This document shows positions 61,413 to 64,000 of a DNA stretch of 64,000 nt, in pieces (the stretch's first letter is position 1; each line of letters opens with the position of its first letter). This stretch comes from a candidate division WOR-3 bacterium (lineage in GTDB: Bacteria; Hydrothermota; Tepidihabitantia; Tepidihabitantales; Tepidihabitantaceae). A model generated the notes under the pieces. It saw nothing but the letters and a program-made list of their open reading frames with translations, made no database searches and was not told the DNA's origin. The stretch spans positions 32,001 through 96,000 of the forward strand of contig CBFGJV010000006.1 of assembly GCA_965649205.1 (NCBI GenBank). The letters run 5' to 3'. Position numbers and translations under genes: made by a program.

Positions 61413-62225
61413 ATGGCAATTTCCGAAAGAAACCTTAGTGAGAAGGAAAGAATTGCAGAAAACCTGCAGCACGTCCGTAACCGACTTCTCGTCTTCAGCG
61501 GTAAGGGCGGAGTAGGTAAGACTACCGTAGCAGTTAACATCGCAGCCGGATTGGCACTCCGGGGACGTAAGGTTGGGCTGCTGGATGCAGACATTCACGG
61601 ACCAAACGTGCCCAAGATGCTAGGCATTGAGGACACTCGTTTCCAAATGAGTCATTCTGGTAAGATACTGCCGATGGTCTCGGCCACTGGAGTCCGAGTA
61701 GTTTCGATCACGATGTTCACCCAGACACCTGACACGCCGGTGGTGTGGCGTGGACCGCTGAAAATGCGAGCGATAGCACAGTTTCTCACGGACGTTGACT
61801 GGGGTGAACTCGATTGGCTAGTCATTGACTCTCCACCTGGAACTGGTGACGAGCCGCTCTCGGTCGCGCAGTTAATTCCTTCCACCGCTGCGCTTGTCGT
61901 CACTACGCCTCAGGCTGTAGCTCTGCTGGACTCACGCAAAGCGGTCATCTTCGCTCAGCTCCTCAAACTCAAAATCCTTGGCGTAGTAGAGAATATGTCT
62001 GGACTTGTCTGTCCGCATTGCGGCAAAGAAATTGAACTGTTCGGTCAGGGCGGTGGCGCACGAATGGCACGCGAGTTGCTTGTACCTCTGCTCGGTCAGA
62101 TACCAGTTGACCCGTCCATCATTAAAGATAGTGATAGCGGCAGACCATTCGTCAACGAACATCCCGATTCACAAGCAGCAAAAGTGATGATGAAAATAGT
62201 TGATCGAATCATAGAAGACGAATAG
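61413..62225 (+). CDS. mrp: Mrp/NBP35 (ApbC) Fe-S cluster carrier ATPase
   Basis: SGKGGVGKT, DADIHGP, WRGP, DSPPGTGD and ENMS..CPHC. Confidence 0.95.
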   Translation: MAISERNLSEKERIAENLQHVRNRLLVFSGKGGVGKTTVAVNIAAGLALRGRKVGLLDADIHGPNVPKMLGIEDTRFQMSHSGKILPMVSATGVRVVSITMFTQTPDTPVVWRGPLKMRAIAQFLTDVDWGELDWLVIDSPPGTGDEPLSVAQLIPSTAALVVTTPQAVALLDSRKAVIFAQLLKLKILGVVENMSGLVCPHCGKEIELFGQGGGARMARELLVPLLGQIPVDPSIIKDSDSGRPFVNEHPDSQAAKVMMKIVDRIIEDE

Positions 62226-62360
62226 GAGCATTCGTCGAATTCATACAAATCGGTTCAGAGATGCAAGTAGGATTCTTGGCTATCCATAGACTACGTATTT
62301 TGAGGTTTCTCAAGCTATACTTGACTTTGCTTCCCTGTTACCAAATAATAATGTCACAAA

Positions 62361-62810
62361 ATGAAACACGAAGCCATTGTCCGCTGGGCCGGGCAGATGA
62401 CGTTTCTCGGGCGCGCGGGTTCAAACCACCTTGTACCCATGGATTCCGGTCCTGACTTTGGGGGCAACAATTCTGCCACCAGGCCACTGGAATTGCTACT
62501 ACTGGCCCTTGGAGGCTGCACTGGCATGGATGTCGTATCTCTCCTGCGCAAGATGCGCGTCCCTTTCACTGGCCTGGAAATGCACATAACGGCTGACCGA
62601 GCCGAAGAGCATCCCACCGTGTACCGAAAAATTGACATCGAATATATAGTCTTCGGCCACAACCTAGAGGAAGATAAGGTAAGGCGTGCCATAGAACTTT
62701 CTCAAGAAAAGTACTGCTCGGTCTCGGCCATGCTCCGGAAAGCCTGCCCCGTAACCTTCACTTGGCGGATAGAACAACCAGTCTCCCAGTCTTTGACCCC
62801 CTCATTCTAA
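62361..62810 (+). CDS. OsmC/Ohr-family protein
   Basis: PLELLLLALGGCTGMDV and LSQEKYCSV. Confidence 0.9.
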   Translation: MKHEAIVRWAGQMTFLGRAGSNHLVPMDSGPDFGGNNSATRPLELLLLALGGCTGMDVVSLLRKMRVPFTGLEMHITADRAEEHPTVYRKIDIEYIVFGHNLEEDKVRRAIELSQEKYCSVSAMLRKACPVTFTWRIEQPVSQSLTPSF

Positions 62811-62909
62811 ACCACTCCCCTTTCTGAGGCCCAATGCGCCCCCGCATTCCCACTGTCGGACGACAATCCGCTGGGCACCCTGCTCAACTCATTCTGTGTT
62901 TCAATCGTC

Positions 62910-62938
62910 TTGACATCGGGAAGTTACAGTAGTATAAT
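62910..62938 (+). promoter_or_regulatory. Consensus sigma70 promoter
   Basis: TTGACA-17-TATAAT, ending 5 nt before ATG 62944. Confidence 0.85.
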
Positions 62939-62943
62939 TGGTT

Positions 62944-63162
62944 ATGCCAATTAGAGAATTCAGCTGCTGTAACTGTGGGTATGAATTTGAAACATTAGTA
63001 CTGAACAAGAACGAAGAACACAATCAGAAATGTCCAAAGTGCGGCAGGAAAAAACTCCGTACGCTCTTTTCGGTATTCGGCATGTCTGGTACCGAGAAAA
63101 AAGTTTCAACCAGCAAGAGTTGTGCAACTTGTGGGACTCATCGTTGTGGGTCCTGCCATTAG
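62944..63162 (+). CDS. FmdB-family zinc ribbon protein
   Basis: MPIREFSCCNCG..FE, CPKCG and a C-terminal CxxCxxxxCxxC. Confidence 0.85.
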   Translation: MPIREFSCCNCGYEFETLVLNKNEEHNQKCPKCGRKKLRTLFSVFGMSGTEKKVSTSKSCATCGTHRCGSCH

Positions 63163-63172
63163 GAGGGAAGTG

Positions 63173-63469
63173 ATGACGGTCACTAAAGCCAAACTTGTGG
63201 AGAAAATCGCGCAAAGGGTAGCCCCAGCCATTACCAAGAAGGATGTAGGACGCATCGTTCAGATGTTCATCGACGACGTATGTGAAACTTTGCGTGAAGG
63301 TAACCGTATAGAAATCAGGGGATTTGGAGTTTTGTCCACGAAGCTTCGTAAACCGAAAGTCGCCCGCAACCCCAAAACAAAACAGCCGGTAAACATCCCC
63401 CCAAGGCGTGTACCCACTTTCAAGGCGTCACGCCTGCTCAAAGCAAGTCTCATGAAGGGAGATACATAA
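63173..63469 (+). CDS. HU/IHF-family DNA-binding protein
   Basis: TKAKLV, IEIRGFG, ARNPKT and PTFKAS; SD AGGAGG. Confidence 0.93.
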   Translation: MTVTKAKLVEKIAQRVAPAITKKDVGRIVQMFIDDVCETLREGNRIEIRGFGVLSTKLRKPKVARNPKTKQPVNIPPRRVPTFKASRLLKASLMKGDT

Positions 63470-63472
63470 CCT

Positions 63473-63568
63473 ATGCCTTGCGGTCGCAAGCGCAAACTGG
63501 CAAAGATACGACGCCATAAGTTCAAAAAACGTCGTAAGGCATTACGCCATAGGAAGAAGCTTCGCTAG
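63473..63568 (+). CDS. Small basic protein, bS22/AURKAIP1-COX24-like ribosomal protein (not in the ORF track)
   Basis: Manual translation MPCGRKRKLAKIRRHKFKKRRKALRHRKKLR; SD-like GGGAG upstream. Confidence 0.75.
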   Translation: MPCGRKRKLAKIRRHKFKKRRKALRHRKKLR

Positions 63569-63589
63569 CCTCGGGACCTATCAGCTTTG

Positions 63590-64000
63590 TCATCCCAGGT
63601 CCCAATGCAGGTTTATTCCCTTCTTAGCTAGCTCTGCCACTTCTGAAGCACGACCAAACCTGTTCACCTCTTCAACTAATTCCGGCTGTATAGCCCCACA
63701 TTGGGGACAGGACGAGAATTTCATTCTATACTCTCCTTCCAGCGCCCAGCCTTCAATCAACATTTTGTCCGTCTTCCAATCGAGAATACGCAGAAAGAAA
63801 AGTTCTGGCAGTTCAACCAAATCGGGTTTCAGCTCATAACCACAACGTAAACAATTCCATGGTCGCCGCAACTCTACTTCTTTCTTGGTACTGATTAAAA
63901 TCTCATTAGCCAGGTAGTATTCCGGATACATTCGTACCAGCTGACGAACACCGGTCGGGTGCGACCCCACTCCTGTCAGCATCCAGATTCTCTCCAACTC
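63590..64000 (-). CDS. Hypothetical protein with two CxxC pairs, possibly truncated at the window edge
   Basis: Open frame to the edge with CLRC and CPQC. Confidence 0.55.
   Translation of the reverse strand, partial: ELERIWMLTGVGSHPTGVRQLVRMYPEYYLANEILISTKKEVELRRPWNCLRCGYELKPDLVELPELFFLRILDWKTDKMLIEGWALEGEYRMKFSSCPQCGAIQPELVEEVNRFGRASEVAELAKKGINLHWDLG

Noticed and set aside
1..64000. Alternative genetic code (TGA = Trp or Gly) as the explanation for the in-frame TGA at 46193
   Set aside because: Many complete conserved genes here end at TGA (purB, pgk, tpiA, rpmD, hdrB, serS) and Trp is encoded by TGG.
1..64000. CRISPR arrays, IS elements, integrases or prophage, including at the two tRNA genes
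   Set aside because: No regularly spaced repeats, transposase/integrase motifs or duplicated tRNA 3' ends were seen.

Overview
Bacterial chromosomal window from an anaerobic diderm. It carries LptD-like, MlaDEF, TonB-related and T9SS-type C-terminal domain genes, NfnAB and an Hdr/Mvh hydrogenase. An FCB-like or candidate phylum such as WOR-3 is a guess only. Most genes are housekeeping: htrA, purB, gap-pgk-tpiA, dnaN, serS, ribDE, a detached rplR-rpsE-rpmD-rplO-secY unit, ddl, fabH and two tRNAs. No CRISPR, rRNA or transposase was seen. The strongest signal is a 719-codon secreted protein gene (45620-47779) split by one in-frame TGA. That TGA lies in a U-G-G-C (UxxC) motif and is followed by a bacterial SECIS-like hairpin, so it is a candidate new family of secreted selenoprotein. 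Second, about 16 operon-first genes have a promoter whose -10 box ends 5-10 nt before the start codon, implying pervasive leaderless mRNAs, and most promoters have a 16-bp spacer. Other points: a class II aldolase-TrmH fusion with a probable ATA start and a C11 linker tract, a zinc anti-sigma factor fused to a TonB C-terminal domain, a reduced hdrB-hdrA-mvhG-mvhA operon, and a deletion-damaged TonB-dependent receptor. All calls come from reading motifs by eye; no database searches were run.
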